From assembly GCA_964016885.1 (NCBI GenBank), contig OZ024745.1, forward strand, positions 21,142,001-21,206,000: a stretch of 64,000 nucleotides of DNA, in the 5' to 3' direction. The notes below the pieces were generated by a model. The model was not told the origin of the DNA, made no database searches, and saw nothing but the letters and a program-made list of their open reading frames with translations. Positions 15,192-29,147 of this stretch are shown one piece after another (within the stretch, counting starts at the first letter, position 1; every line of letters starts with the position of its first letter). Source of the stretch: Eledone cirrhosa. Lineage: Eukaryota. Made by a program: the position numbers and the translations under genes.

Positions 15192-15872
15192 AACCCCACG
15201 TAAGACTAATTTTAATCACTTCTTTTCTGTATCGATCTTGCCTACCAATTATAATCGTAAATTCTAATAATGGTCATTACGAATATGATGGGACTACTAC
15301 CGCAAAGGACTAATCAAGGTGTTGGCGTCGATGATATTATATAGTCGGTATCTAAATATATGTCAGTTCAGATTGTAAACTTTATAGCTCCGTTTGGGGT
15401 TGACAAATGTACTGAGGCCATCTTAGATTAAAGTTATCTGTCGAAGTCAATAAATACTGATGATGAAATCAAGCATGCAGTAAATGATTAGGAAAAGATG
15501 TTCAGAAGGAAATATATCATAGAAAAATAGTGTAATCCAGAAACTATATTATCCCAAAGAGAGAAATTAAAGGAGATGTTAAAACAGAGGCTGTAATAAC
15601 TGATGCAGACAACTATAGCTTCAATGTGAGGAACAAGAGATCCAATATATTGACAGGAAGCAAGAAAATTGGGAATAGAACTCAATCAAAATCACCGGAA
15701 TTTGACACACTCACCTTTATACCCTTATGATAATGAATGTAAGAAGAGGTATTTTATAACTGGGTATGTGTATTAAACCTTTACAATTAGACATGTCTTT
15801 TCCCTTCAGGAATGATGCAGGAGATTCCATTAGAAGTTATTACCAAACACGAAAAACACCAAACGCTTTATT

Positions 15873-16212
15873 TATGAGGGTCGGCTTAAAAGTTCATAGG
15901 CTGACCAAGATACTCTCATGGAATAACCAAATGAGGTTTATTTTTCAACATAGTCCCTGGAAAGAAACAATGCAGTAATTAATAAAAAGAGTTGAAATTA
16001 ATGCATGCAAGATTTCACAGCTCTAGCATCATTTCTTCATAGGCTGATCAAGATACTCTCTTGAAATGACCAAAATGAGGTTTATTTTTCAATAATCCCT
16101 GGGAAAAACAATGCAGTAAATAATAAAAGTTGAAATTAAGGCATGCAAGATTTCACAGCTCTAGCATCATTTCTTCATAGTCAGCCTATGAACATTTCAG
16201 CTGACACTCGTA
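15873..16212. mobile_element. Tc1/mariner-type MITE with tandemly duplicated interior
   Basis: TIRs TA-TGAGGGTCGGCTTAAAAGTTCATAGGCTGAC ... GTCAGCCTATGAACATTTCAGCTGACACTCG-TA; interior of ~140 bp present twice. Confidence 0.8.
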
Positions 16213-16329
16213 GTAAAAATGAAAACCATAGAATATGTGAAATACGGTAAATAGTTGGATTTTAATCATATTTTTAGTCAGAATTATAGAACTGCTTCGG
16301 GTTGTTATGTTATTTATCTGTGGAAGGAA

Positions 16330-16680
16330 TATGTCCAAATAGTTGAGTCTGTTTCACAAGGATTAGATGCCGGACTTAATCCCACGGCGTGGCATCTTGG
16401 GATAATGTCATTTACGATTGCCTCGGATTGACCCATATCTTATATGTAAAATTGGGTAGACAGAGACTGTGTAGATGTCCGTCGTCAGATTCCATGGTAT
16501 CTGTAATTTAAAGCGTCACTTTGTCAAACACTGTCACACTGAATCTCACTGAGAACACGCTCATCCACTTGCTTGCTAATTTCATGAACTGGCTGTTTCC
16601 GTAAGCTCAGCTAATCTCGCTTGGTGATCCGGTCGAATCAATTGGAAACGGTCGCTGCTGACAGGTCCTACTGGAATGAG
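16330..16680 (+). mobile_element. Old SINE-like repeat (second family)
   Basis: Motif ..AATTGGGTAGACAGAGACTG.. and the downstream CTTTGTCAAACACTGTCACACTGAAT segment recur in degenerate form at ~29870-30200. Confidence 0.45.
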
Positions 16681-16699
16681 TGTTTGAGGAACCTTTCAG

Positions 16700-16737
16700 G
16701 AAGAAGAAGAAGAAGAAGAAGAAGAAGAAGAAGAAGA
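16700..16737. repeat. (GAA)n
   Basis: Directly visible. Confidence 0.95.
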
Positions 16738-16859
16738 TTGTTTCGTTGATCGAACAATTGGACTCCCTCGTCTTTGAACCTAAGGGAGATGTATTCCCAT
16801 CCCAGTATAACTAACAAACGAAAGGTGATGTTCCTGACATTTACAGACTCCTTGTCGGG

Positions 16860-17115
16860 TGAGACTGATGTGGTTGATGTTCAGCTTGAAGTTTTAGAGG
16901 TCGGTGTGCTTGGTTGGAAATGGAGGATGGAGAGAACATTCTGGAATGCTGCATTTGTAGGGGAAAGGAAGAATTGAACAAAGTATTTGGTGTGGAGGTT
17001 GGTGAGGCGAGAAAACAGACCTAGTATGGTGAGATGTGGTGGGTATGTTAGGTGGCCCAGGGTGGAGGTAGTTCAAAGGAGAATTTGCAAGATCAGAAGA
17101 GGAGTACTCAAAATA
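16860..17115 (-). pseudogene. Degenerate 3' end of a CR1-group (Zenon-like) LINE ORF2
   Basis: Minus-strand translation YFEYSSSDLAN...FP..TDL*NFKLNINHI resembles the CR1-group C-terminus (Y..CSSELAN...WN.LP..VFP..YDL..FK..VN). Confidence 0.5.
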
Positions 17116-17269
17116 ACAATAAAAAGAAAAACAATAACAATAACAAGAACAACGAGAACAACAACAATAACAACAATAATGACAATAATAAAAATAATAA
17201 TTAGAAATACAAAAAATAAATGGAACGTCAACAACGAAAACAATGTGGAAATGATGAAGTTGACAATGA

Positions 17270-20200
17270 AGATGATGGTGGTGGTAATAGGGGGGGGTAG
17301 TGGTGGTGGTGGTGATGGTAATAGGTGGGGGGTAGTGGTGGTGGTGGTGGTTGGTGGTGGTAGTGGTACTGGTGGAGGTGTGGTGGTAGTGGTACTGGTG
17401 GAGGAGTGGTGGGGTGGTAATAGGGGGGTGTAGTGGTAGTGGTGGTGGTGGTGGTGGTGGTGATTGTAATGGGGGAGGGGTTGTAGTGGTAGTGGTGGTG
17501 GTTGGTGGTAGTGGTACTGGTGGAGGTGTGGTGGTGGTGGTAGTGGTGGTGGTAGTGGTAGTGGTGGTGGTGGTGGTGGTGCTGCTGGTGGTAGTAGTAG
17601 TCGTGGTGGTGGTGGTGTGGTGGTGGTGGTAGTGGTGATAGTGGTGGTGGTGTGGTGGAGGTGGTAGTGATGGTAGTAGTGGTGGTAGTAGTGGTGGTGG
17701 TGGTGGTGGTGGTGGGGATGAATTTAGAACAAGTATTCTTAAATCAATAGGAGTCACATTTCGAGAAACAACAGTAGTAGTAGTAGTAGTAGTGGTAGTG
17801 GTAGTAGTAGTAGTAGTGGTAGTGGTAGTAGTAGTGGTAGTAGTAGTGGTAGTGGTAGTAGTAGTAGTAGTAGTAGTAATTGTGATGATGGTGGTGGTAG
17901 CGTTGGTGGTGGTCGTGGTGGTATTAGTGATGGTGGTGATCGTGGTAGTAGTAGAAATGGTAGCGGTGGTAGCGATGGTGGTAGTGATGATGGTGGTGAT
18001 GATGGTAATGATGGTGGTAGCGATGGTGGTGGTGATGATGGTAATGATGCGGGTGTTACTGGTGGTAGTGGCAGTGGTGTGGTAGTGATGGTGGTGGTAG
18101 TGGTGCTGATGGTGATGATGGTAATGATGATGGTAGTGATGGTGATGGTGGTGGTGGTAGTGATGGTGATGGTGGTGATGGTGATGGTGGTGTTAGTGAT
18201 GGTGCTGGTAGTGATGGTGATGGTGGTGGTAGTGATGGTGCTGGTAGTGATGGTGATGGTGGTAATGATGGTGGTGGTAGTGATGGTGGTGGTGATGGTG
18301 GTGGTAGTGATGGTGATGGTGGTGGTGGTGGTAGTGATGGTGCTGGTAGTGATGGTGATTGTGGTGGTAGTGATGGTGCTGGTAGTGATTGTGATGGTGG
18401 TGGTAGTGATGGTGCTGGTAGTGATGGTGATGGTGGTGGTAGTGATGGTGCTGGTAGTGATGGTGATGGTGGTAATGATGGTGGTGGTAGTGATGGTGGT
18501 GGTGATGGTGGTGGTAGTGATGGTGATGGTGGTGGTGGTGGTAGTGATGGTGCTGGTAGTGATGGTGATTGTGGTGGTAGTGATGGTGCTGGTAGTGATG
18601 GTGATTGTGGTGGTAGTGATGGTGGTGGTAGTGATGGTGCTGGTAGTGATGGTGATAGTGGTGGTAGTGATGGTGCTGGTAGTGATTGTGATGGTGGTGG
18701 TAGTGATGGTGCTGGTAGTGATGGTGATGGTGATGGTGGTCGTAGTGATGGTGCTGGTGGGGGTAGTGATGGTGGTGGTGGTGGTAGTGGTGGTGGTGGT
18801 GGTGGTAGTGGTGGTGGTGGTGGTGGTGGTAGTGGAGGTGGTGGTAGTGATGGTGATGGTGGTAATGATGGTGGTAGTGATGGTGGTGGTAGTGATGGTG
18901 GTGGTGATGGTGGTGGTAGTGATGGTGGTGGTGGTGGTAGTGATGGTGCTGGTAGTGATGGTGATGGTGGTGGTAGTGATGGTGGTGGTAGTGATTGTGA
19001 TGGTGGGGGTAGTGATGGTGCTGGTAGTGATGGTGATGGTGGAGGTAGTGATGGTGCTGGTGGTAATGGTGATGGTGGTAATGATGGTGGTGGTAGTGAT
19101 GGTGGTAATGATGGTGGTGGTAGTGATGGTGGTGGTGATTGTGGTGGTAGTGATGATGGTGATGGTGCTGGTAGTGATGGTGATGGTGGTGGTAGTGATG
19201 GTGCTGGTAGTGATTGTGATGGTGGTGGTAGTGATGGTGGTGGTGGTGGTAGTGGTGGTGGTGGTGGTGGTGGTGGTAGTGGTGGTGGTAATGGTGATGG
19301 TGGTAATGATGGTGCTGGTAGTGATGGTGATGGTGGTAATGATGGTGGTAGTGATGGTGGTGGTAGTGGTGGTGGTAATGGTGATGGTGCTGGAAGGAAG
19401 ATGGTAAGAAAGGTTGTTATGCTTAAGAGGCAGACTAGACGTCTATTCCGTACCACAAGCACCTGGCTTCTATTCAAAACTTCTTATTACCGAACCCCGT
19501 CTCTCATCCTTCATTGTTGTTCTTTCATACCACCACCACCACCACCACCATCACCCCACACGCACAGGACCACCACGACCACCGCCATCCACAACACACA
19601 CCCATACGCACCACCACCACCACCACACAAACACACGAACCATCACCACCACCCTCACACACGCACCACCACCACCACCACCACTATCACTATCACCACC
19701 ATCAACACAACGACCCACACTACACACCACGCACACCACCGCCACCACCACCACAACCACACACACATCACCACCATCACCACCACCAACAACACACACC
19801 CACACCTACACGCACCACCACAACCACCACACACACATGCAACCCCCACCCTTAACTTCACCTCCACTCATTTGATTCCACTTATGTAACAACAACAACA
19901 GTAGAATTAGTAACCACAACAACAACAACTATAACACTATCAGCAACAATATAAAAATAATAACGATAATAAAAATAATAACAATAATCAGTATTTCTAT
20001 TATTTGCCAGGAGGGTGACTGATGAAAGGACTTTAGCACTGGTTCTGATTTATAACACATGTAATGAAGCAGTTGATGATGATGATGGTGGTGGTGGTGG
20101 TTGTGGTGGTACTGGTGGAGGTGGTGGTGGTGGTACTGGTGGAGGTGGTGGTCGTGGTAATGGTGGTGATGGTGGTGGTGGTGGTCGTGGTGGTGGTAGT

Positions 20201-21065
20201 GGTGGTGGTGGTGGTGGTGGTGGTGGTGGTGATGGTGGTGTCGCTGGTGGTGGTGGTGGTGGTGATGGTAGTGGCGGTGGTAGTGGTGGTGGTGGTGGTG
20301 GTAGTGGTGGTAGTGGTGGTGGTGGTAGTGGTGGTGGTGGTGGTGGTGGTAGTGGTGGTGGTGGTGGTGGTGGTGGTGGCAGTGGTGGTGGTGGTGGTGG
20401 TAGTGGTGGTAGTGGTGGTAGTGGTGGTGGTGGTGGTGGTGGTAGTGGTGGTGGTGGTGGTGGTGGCAGTGGTGGTGGTGGTGGTGGTAGTGGTGGTAGT
20501 GGTGGTGGTGGTGGTGGTGGTGGTGGTGGTGGCAGTGGTGGTGGCGGTGGTGGTAGTGGTGGTGGTGGTGGTAGTGGTGGTAGTGGTGGTGGTGGTGGTG
20601 GTGGTAGTGGTGGTAGTGGTGGTGGTGGTGGTGGTAGTGGTGGTGGTGGTGGTGGTGGTGGTGGTGGTGGTGGTAGTGGTGGTGGTGGAAGTGGTGGTAG
20701 TGGTGGTAGTGGTGGTGGTGGTGGTGGTGGTGGTGGTGGAAGTGGTGGTGGTGGTGGTGGTAGTGGTGGTAGTGGTGGTGGTGATGGTGGTGGTGGTGGT
20801 GGTAGTGGTGGTGGTGGTGGTGATACCGATAATAACAATAATAAGGATGTATTTAAGGAGGATGTTGATAGTTAAGATGATGCGGAGGAGAAGGGATGAC
20901 GTTGATGATGTTGATGTTTACGATGATGATGATGATGATAAAGAGGATGGAGAGGAGGTGGAGGCGAACGAGGAGGATAATGATGTAATGAGGAGGATAA
21001 TGATCCTTATCATCATCATCATCATCATCATCACTATTTACTATCATTCCCCACTACCATCACCT
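17270..21065. repeat. Field of cryptic triplet repeats: (GGT/GTA/GAT)n 17270-19390, (CAC)n 19530-19850, (GGT)n 20075-20825, (GAT)/(CAT)n to 21065
   Basis: Directly visible; the poly-P/V/G ORFs are artefacts. Confidence 0.95.
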
Positions 21066-21103
21066 CCTCAATCGATCTTATTTCTCTTTCTTCGTGCTAT
21101 ATA

Positions 21104-21233
<130 letters not shown>

Positions 21234-21340
21234 TATATATATATATGTATATATATTATATATGTATTATATATGTATATATATTATATATGTATTATAT
21301 ATGTATATATATATACATATATTATATATATATATACAAC

Positions 21341-21383
<43 letters not shown>

Positions 21384-21448
21384 TAATATATGTATATATA
21401 TATATAATACATATAATATATATATATATATATGTGTGTGTATATATT

Positions 21449-21515
<67 letters not shown>

Positions 21516-21574
21516 TTGTGTAAATGGGGCCTGTATTTGCACCATCAAATACGGTCATCCATTAGATACAGAGA

Positions 21575-22425
21575 CACGCACTTACACTGACACACAGACA
21601 TGTCACACACACTTACACTGACACACAGACATGTCACACACACTTACACTGACACACAGACATGTCACACACACTTACACTGACACACGGACATGTCACA
21701 CACACTTACACTGACACACAGACATGTCACACACACTTACACTGACACACAGACATGTCACACACACTTACACTGACACACAGACATGTCACACACACTT
21801 ACACTGACACACAGACATGTCACACACACTGACACTGACACACAGACATGTCACACACACTTACACTGACACACAGACATGTCACACACACTTACACTGA
21901 CACACAGACATGTCACACACACTTACACTGACACACAGACATGTCACACACACTGACACTGACACACAGACATGTCACACACACTTACACTGACACACAG
22001 ACATGTCACACACACTTACACTGACACACAGACATGTCACACACACTTACACTGACACACAGACATGTCACACACACTTACACTGACACACAGACATGTC
22101 ACACACACTGACACTGACACACAGACATGTCACACACACTGACATTGACACACAGACATGTCACACACACTTACACTGACACACAGACATGTCACACACA
22201 CTTACACTGACACACAGACATGTCACACACACTTACACTGACACACAGACATGTCACACACACTTACACTGACACACAGACATGTCACACACACTTACAC
22301 TGACACACAGACATGTCACACACACTTACACTGACACACAGACATGTCACACACACTGACACTGACACACAGACATGTCACACACACTTACACTGACACA
22401 CAGACATGTCACACACACTTACACA
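21575..22425. repeat. Homogeneous 31-bp minisatellite CTTACACTGACACACAGACATGTCACACACA, ~27 copies
   Basis: TGTC recurs at 21601 and 21632; very few variant units. Confidence 0.95.
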
Positions 22426-22464
22426 GTAATACGCCACGCAATTATACGCTCATCTATGAATTCC

Positions 22465-22604
22465 GTACACATGCATACACATATATATATACATATACAC
22501 ATATATACATACATATATACATATATACATATATACATATATACATATATACATACATATATACATATATACATAGATATATACATACATATATACATAC
22601 AAAC

Positions 22605-22637
<33 letters not shown>

Positions 22638-24628
22638 CATATTACATATATACATATATACATACATATATACATATATACATATATACATATATACATA
22701 TATACATACATATATACATATATACATATATACGTATATACATACATATATACATATATACATATATACATAGATATATACATACATATATACATACATA
22801 CATATATACATACATACATATATACATATATACATATATACATACATATATACATGCATATTTACATACATATATGTATGTATGTATGTACACAAACATT
22901 CCTCCATATATTCCGTATACATAAATATATACATACATATATGTATGTGTATATGTATGTACACATACATTCCTATATATATTCCGTATAAATACATATA
23001 TATATATATATATACATACATGTATGTCTGTATATATGTATGTAAACATACATTCCTATATATATTCCGTATACATACATATATACATACATATATGAAT
23101 GTCTGCATATATGTATCTACACATACAATTCTATATATATTCTGTATACATACATATATACATACATATGCATAAACATACCTATACATATACACATCTG
23201 ATATATATATACACGCATGCATATGTATGCATACCAAAAAGACATATACTCACATACTTGTATATGCACTTAAAAACGAAGACATTCATATATGACTATA
23301 TACACATAAAATCATCCGTATACGAACAAACATACATCTACATAGATATACACATATATAGGCATAATAATGCATACACATAAATATACATACATATACA
23401 CACTAATGTGTGCACGCCAAACATATTTACATATACATTCATACACACGTAATTTCACAGAAAAGCAAACATACATAGATTTACACACAAATGCGCATAT
23501 AGACACATGTATACACATATATACACATATATACATATATATACATATACATATTAATGTGTATGTATACAATTACATAACACATACATCTACACTTATG
23601 TAAGCATGCCCATGCCCATACACATTTACATTTTCATATACATACATATTCACATAAACATATACATACATATGCATACATACAAATACATTTTTACATA
23701 TACCCACTTACATAAATACATCTTCGCACATTATCATATACATATACATACACACTTACACTTTCGTGCTTCTACATACAAATAATTCCACACACATATT
23801 TACATAAACATACACACACATGCACCACCTACCTACATACATATATACACATACATATAACTGTGCATGCAATTCGAAACACGCAAATTTACATTTATCT
23901 AAGCATACACATACACAATAGCACAATGTTTACATATACATACTCACAATTCCACGCATGCTATTAAATACACACATACACATCTTCACATTTACATACA
24001 CATCGCACACATGCACATACACACATATATACATGCATAAACATACGTACATACACACATGCACGCATGCATACACACATACACACACATGTACACACAC
24101 ATACACAAACACACGCATATACATACACATACTCAAACACACGAATATATACACACATACTCAAACACACGAATATACACCCACATACACACACATACAC
24201 AAACACATGCACACACACACACACACACTCACATACTCAAACACACGAATATACACCCCCACACACACAAAGACAGGCACACATGCACACACACACACTC
24301 ACATACTCAAACATACGCATTTACATACACATACACACACATACTCCAACACACGCATATACACACACATACACTCAAACAGACATACACTCATATACTC
24401 AAACACACGTATTTACATACACATACACACACATACTCCAACACACGCATACACACACACATACACTCACATACTCAAACAGACATACACTCATATACTC
24501 AAACACACGCATATACATACACATACACTCACATACTCAAACACACGCATATACACACATACATACACACACACACATACACACACACCTACGCACACAC
24601 ACATACACACATGTACACAGACACACTG
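22465..24628. repeat. Degenerate (TACA/TA/CA)n satellite field
   Basis: Directly visible. Confidence 0.9.
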
Positions 24629-25014
24629 AGCGTTATCTGGCATGAACAGAAATGCGTGTCCTATTTGCTGTGTTTTTTCTTCTTTTTTTTTCGTTGCTCT
24701 CTTTCTCTCTCTCTTTCTTTTTCTTTATTTTTTTCTAATCGTTCTCCTGAAAGAAGTGAGTGAAGATAAATAACTGTAGTGGTGGTGGTGGTGGTGGTGG
24801 TGGTGAGGGGGGTAGTGGTGGTGCTGGTAGTGGGGGTTAGGGGGGAGATGGTAGGGTGGGGGGGGGGGGAGTCAGTGGTGGTGCTGGTGGGGGTGGGGTG
24901 GGGGGGTTATGTTGTAGTCGTGGTGTAAGGACAATGATGATGATACTATTAACAGTGGGGTCTACGGTAGTTTTGGTGATGATGATGATATTGTTGATAA
25001 GGATGATTAAAAAT

Positions 25015-25205
25015 GTTGGCAGTATCGGTAGAGGGTCGGACCCCATGCTTTGCAGCATAGAGTTACGGCCCTTTATGATGTAAACTCAAATCTCGCCAAG
25101 GTTAACTTTGCCTTTCATCCTTACGGGGTCGATAAAATAAAGTACCAGTCACGCACTGGGTTCGATTTTATCGACTTTCCCCTCCCCCAGAGTTGATGGC
25201 TTTTT
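25015..25205 (+). mobile_element. Dominant tRNA-derived SINE
   Basis: TTGGCAGTATCGGTAGAGGGTCGGAC...CCTTTCATCCTTACGGGGTCGATAAAATAAAGTACCAG. Confidence 0.85.
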
Positions 25206-27042
25206 TTTGAGAATAGCACTGGTGATTATGGTGATGTATATCAGGATGGTGGTGATGATGATTAGGTTGATAATGATGCTCATGATGATGATTATGATGA
25301 TGACAGTTATAATGATGATGAAAGCAATAACTGAGGTGATGGTTGTGGTGATGGTGAAAGTGGAGTTGATTGTAATAGAGGTAGTAACAAACGCGACTAT
25401 GTAGATGCGTGTGTGTGTGTTTGTGTGTGTGTGTGTATGTGTGTGTTTGTGTGTGTCTGTGTGTTTGTGTGTGTGTGTGTGTGTTTGTGTGTGTATGTGT
25501 GTGTGTGTATGTATGTAAAAGTATATATATTACAAACATGATGTAGTGACCAAGATAATGAGGATATATTAATTGGGAAAATTTGGAAACCATGTAAACC
25601 CCTTTGACTTCTAAAGTTAACAGTTTCACTGTAAGAACAGCACTAAAATTAAGTATACAAGTCTTGCACTACTTTGTCATTCATTTTGCTTTTACAATGT
25701 TTTCATAATTTACAGCTATTAATTCAAGTTCTGCGGATTATATAGGATTGACGGAAAGCTTTTTTAAGTTAAGGTTCAATTAATATTAATGTATATTCAG
25801 AAATCCTGCAAGATCTTTTGATAAATGTTTAATAGAGTGCATTTGATATTTAAGATATAACGATATCAGAAATATTAAAATTATTAAAACAATATTCGAG
25901 CATGCGGTACTCTATGACCTTATCATGTTGTCGCCATAAATCGAAATGTGTGACGACGAAAGAGCTTTGACAATCAAATAACCATCCGGTTATTGACCAA
26001 TAATAAACGTGTTTTTTATTGCCAGCATGACTCCAAAATTTTATAAATATATATGTGGGTGTTTGAGTTTGTTTATTATTGTTGTTGTTGTTGAGCTCCA
26101 GATCAGTCATGGTCCAGCAGACCTACAATTAAAAGAATTCCATCCGTTTTAGGGAAGTCATTATCACATTATCCAATATATCATATTTAGTATGATTTAA
26201 TTGGTGAATTGGCTGTTATTTCTAGCAATCATGCTATCATGTAGAGTCCCCATCGTTGCTGGCACTTATGTTATTTTATACGTGGGAATGAGTTGCTATC
26301 GGGGCGGAGTTGGCCGCCCGAAAGTTGCAAGCCCCGTGAGGTGAAGTGGCTGTTTCAGTGCATCTCCCTCGCTGTCCTGGAAATGCATTCTCCATCCTGT
26401 CCGCCGGGATTCAGTGGCGGGGGCCAAGTTAGTTGGTGATGGAGGATACTCTTTCGGACGTTCCTTCTATAACTAAAGTATATTTATATTTATAAATCTA
26501 TAAATAACTCTCATTGTAGTTTCAAAGCAATATATTAGATAATCTAGTTATATTAATGTATGTACTTTATTAATTTATTAAAATAACAGATTAAAGTGTA
26601 AGCAAAGAATCGCTGCTTTCACCCTTAAAAAATTCAATCTGTGAACGTAGATGTAAATATTTCGAAAAACGTTGCAATCGAAGACAAAGAGGAAGACGAC
26701 ACTTTGGTTCGTGAAGATGTTGCCTGGCAATGAACGGAAAAAAGCGAAGATAAGACGTCGTCATGTGGAGCAATTGCTGATGACTTTTGCGATCTGGAAG
26801 TGATAACTAAATTGTCGTCTTGCTTAATGTCGGATTTAACATCTTGTTCAAATATATTTGTTAGAATATATTTGTATTTCTATTTTACCTCAATCATAAT
26901 TTTGATTCTCCCCCCTAGTCCCTCGGTTGAACACCACCCCTGGTCCTATGTAAAGGTACGTCATACTAAAAAATAAATTAACCAGAAAATTATTGTTACA
27001 TTTTAATCGTATCTTAAGTAAGAGGTATTGGTGATAATATTG

Positions 27043-27254
27043 GTTACTTTTTTAGGCACGAGGCCAACAATTTTGAGGGAGGGGAAACGATTAAATCGAC
27101 CCAGTGCACTACTGGTACTTTATTTTATCGACCCAAGAACGATAAAAAGCAAAGCTACCCTCGGCAGGATTTGAACTCAGATTATAAAGGCCGTAACTCT
27201 ATGCCATAAAGAATGTTGTCCGACGCTCTACCGATACTGCCAATCCACTGCCCT
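27043..27254 (-). mobile_element. Dominant tRNA-derived SINE
   Basis: Reverse-complement match to the in-window SINE consensus. Confidence 0.85.
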
Positions 27255-27875
27255 TGTATTGGTGATAATATTGAAAACAAAAATAGCAATAAGGATAAAA
27301 TATAGTTCATATAACAAAGGAGAAATTATCGGTGAGAATACGGTTTGAATGCAAATGACACAATGCTATGAACTAAACAATTGAATGATGTGTGATGTCA
27401 GCGTAATCATATATGACTAAATAAGGAGTGAAGAAGACTTTATAATTCTAGTCGTGTCTAGACAAGTTCTCTTTCTCTGAATAGAAAAGACTAACTATAA
27501 AACCAATGAGTTAACATAAACCTCTGGTATTTAATCGGCAAGTGCAATCACCTTGCTAAGCGGATATAGTCTTTGCCCGGGTTATATAAACATGTAAGAT
27601 GTCTGAAAACAACTTCAACGCTTTATTTAAAGATATGGAAACGATATACGTGGTTGTGGAGTAGTGGTGTACCAAAACTCTGATATCAATTAAGATTAAA
27701 AAAATACACAACAAAAAAGCATATACAGACGACTAATAAAAAAAGTATAAAATGATAAAATGTTTTGTCTGAGGAGAAAATAGATTTTAAAATCGGAACG
27801 ATTTCAAATTTACCTAATGAGGAATAAAAGAACATTACGAAAAAAAATTAAATTCTGTACCACAACAAACACATC

Positions 27876-27912
<37 letters not shown>

Positions 27913-27929
27913 ACACACATACACACACG

Positions 27930-27985
<56 letters not shown>

Positions 27986-28624
27986 GTATATATATATATA
28001 GAATATGTATGTGTATATAAATATATATGTAAGCATTCGACAATAAATGAAAAGGGACAAAATATAAAACAAAAGAGGAAAGAACTCAGTTGCCAAGTGT
28101 GTACTCCCTCAGCGATAAAACGAAGAGAATTTTTGCCAATAACAATAGAAAAACTGCAACAACAAAACCACCAACAAAACAACAACAACGATAAAAATGG
28201 TTACAGATTTTCTAATACTGCTACTGACCTATATATATTTCAAAAATATAACCGCAGTGATAATTGCGGTTTAATGCACTTGCTGCCAAACACGAGAAAT
28301 CTCTGTTTTTTTATTGAAACATTGGTTGCCAAAGTGAAGAAATATCGTTTACCTGTGACTACTTTAAATTAGGCCATATAATGATTTTGCATTTCAAACT
28401 TCGTTACTTCCAGTTATCGTATATTTTAAATTTATGTAAGTTAGAATATAACAAAAGGTTAGGTGTGACAAAATAAATCATTTTCTTTTTACGTTGACCT
28501 GCGTGTGAATGTATAACTGATACTAAGCGTATTTTTCATTTTACCTTTTTTTTTTTTCAATAATTATACTTTTAGTAATTAAACAGAAATTGTAAACTAA
28601 AAGATGTATGTATGTACCTATAAC

Positions 28625-28892
28625 TCACGAGAGGATTGTAGAGGCGACCTATTGCCATCGGTATTTCTAGGGCATTTTAAAACCTGACAGAGCCCATCTC
28701 CTCTCCAGGTCTGAATACAGCAGATTTCTTTCAGTGATAGTGTGAGAAAGAGATATAGAAGAAGAATCGACTGCAGTACGAGGCTGGTAATTTTTTATCG
28801 ACCTTAAATGGACCCGAGATTTGAACTCAGAGAGCAGAGAGTTGGAACGAATACTGCAAAGCATTCTATCCGTTTTCACGACCAATTCCTCT
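28625..28892 (-). mobile_element. SINE variant with long 3' module
   Basis: Reverse-complement similarity to 10528-10830 and 42828-43145. Confidence 0.6.
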
Positions 28893-28947
28893 CTATGTGG
28901 AATAAAATAAATACTTTTATCTATCTTAACATTCTACTTTCAAATTC

Positions 28948-29147
28948 TATATGGTCGACTGAAAAGTTCGGAGGCTGACCAAGATACTCTCATGGAATGA
29001 CCAAATGAATTTATTTTTCAACATAGTCCCTGGAAAGAAACTATACAGTTATGAATAAGAAAAGCTGAAATTAATGCAATCAAGATTTCATAGTTTTAGC
29101 ATCACTCCTTCATAGTCAGCTTATGAACTTCTTAGTCGACCCTCGTA
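28948..29147. mobile_element. Mariner-type MITE (~200 bp)
   Basis: TIRs ..GGTCGACTGAAAAGTTC../..GAACTTCTTAGTCGACCCTCG-TA; same interior as 15873-16212. Confidence 0.8.

Noticed and set aside
26296-26945. Possible hAT-like element (GGGGCGG ... CCACCCCTG ends)
   Set aside because: Ends match only loosely, there is no clean 8-bp TSD and no recognisable transposase motif.
27510-27603. Possible minus-strand micro-exon (TTTTCAG acceptor; HLTCLYNPGKDYIRLAR)
   Set aside because: Too short, weak donor, and no recognisable homology.
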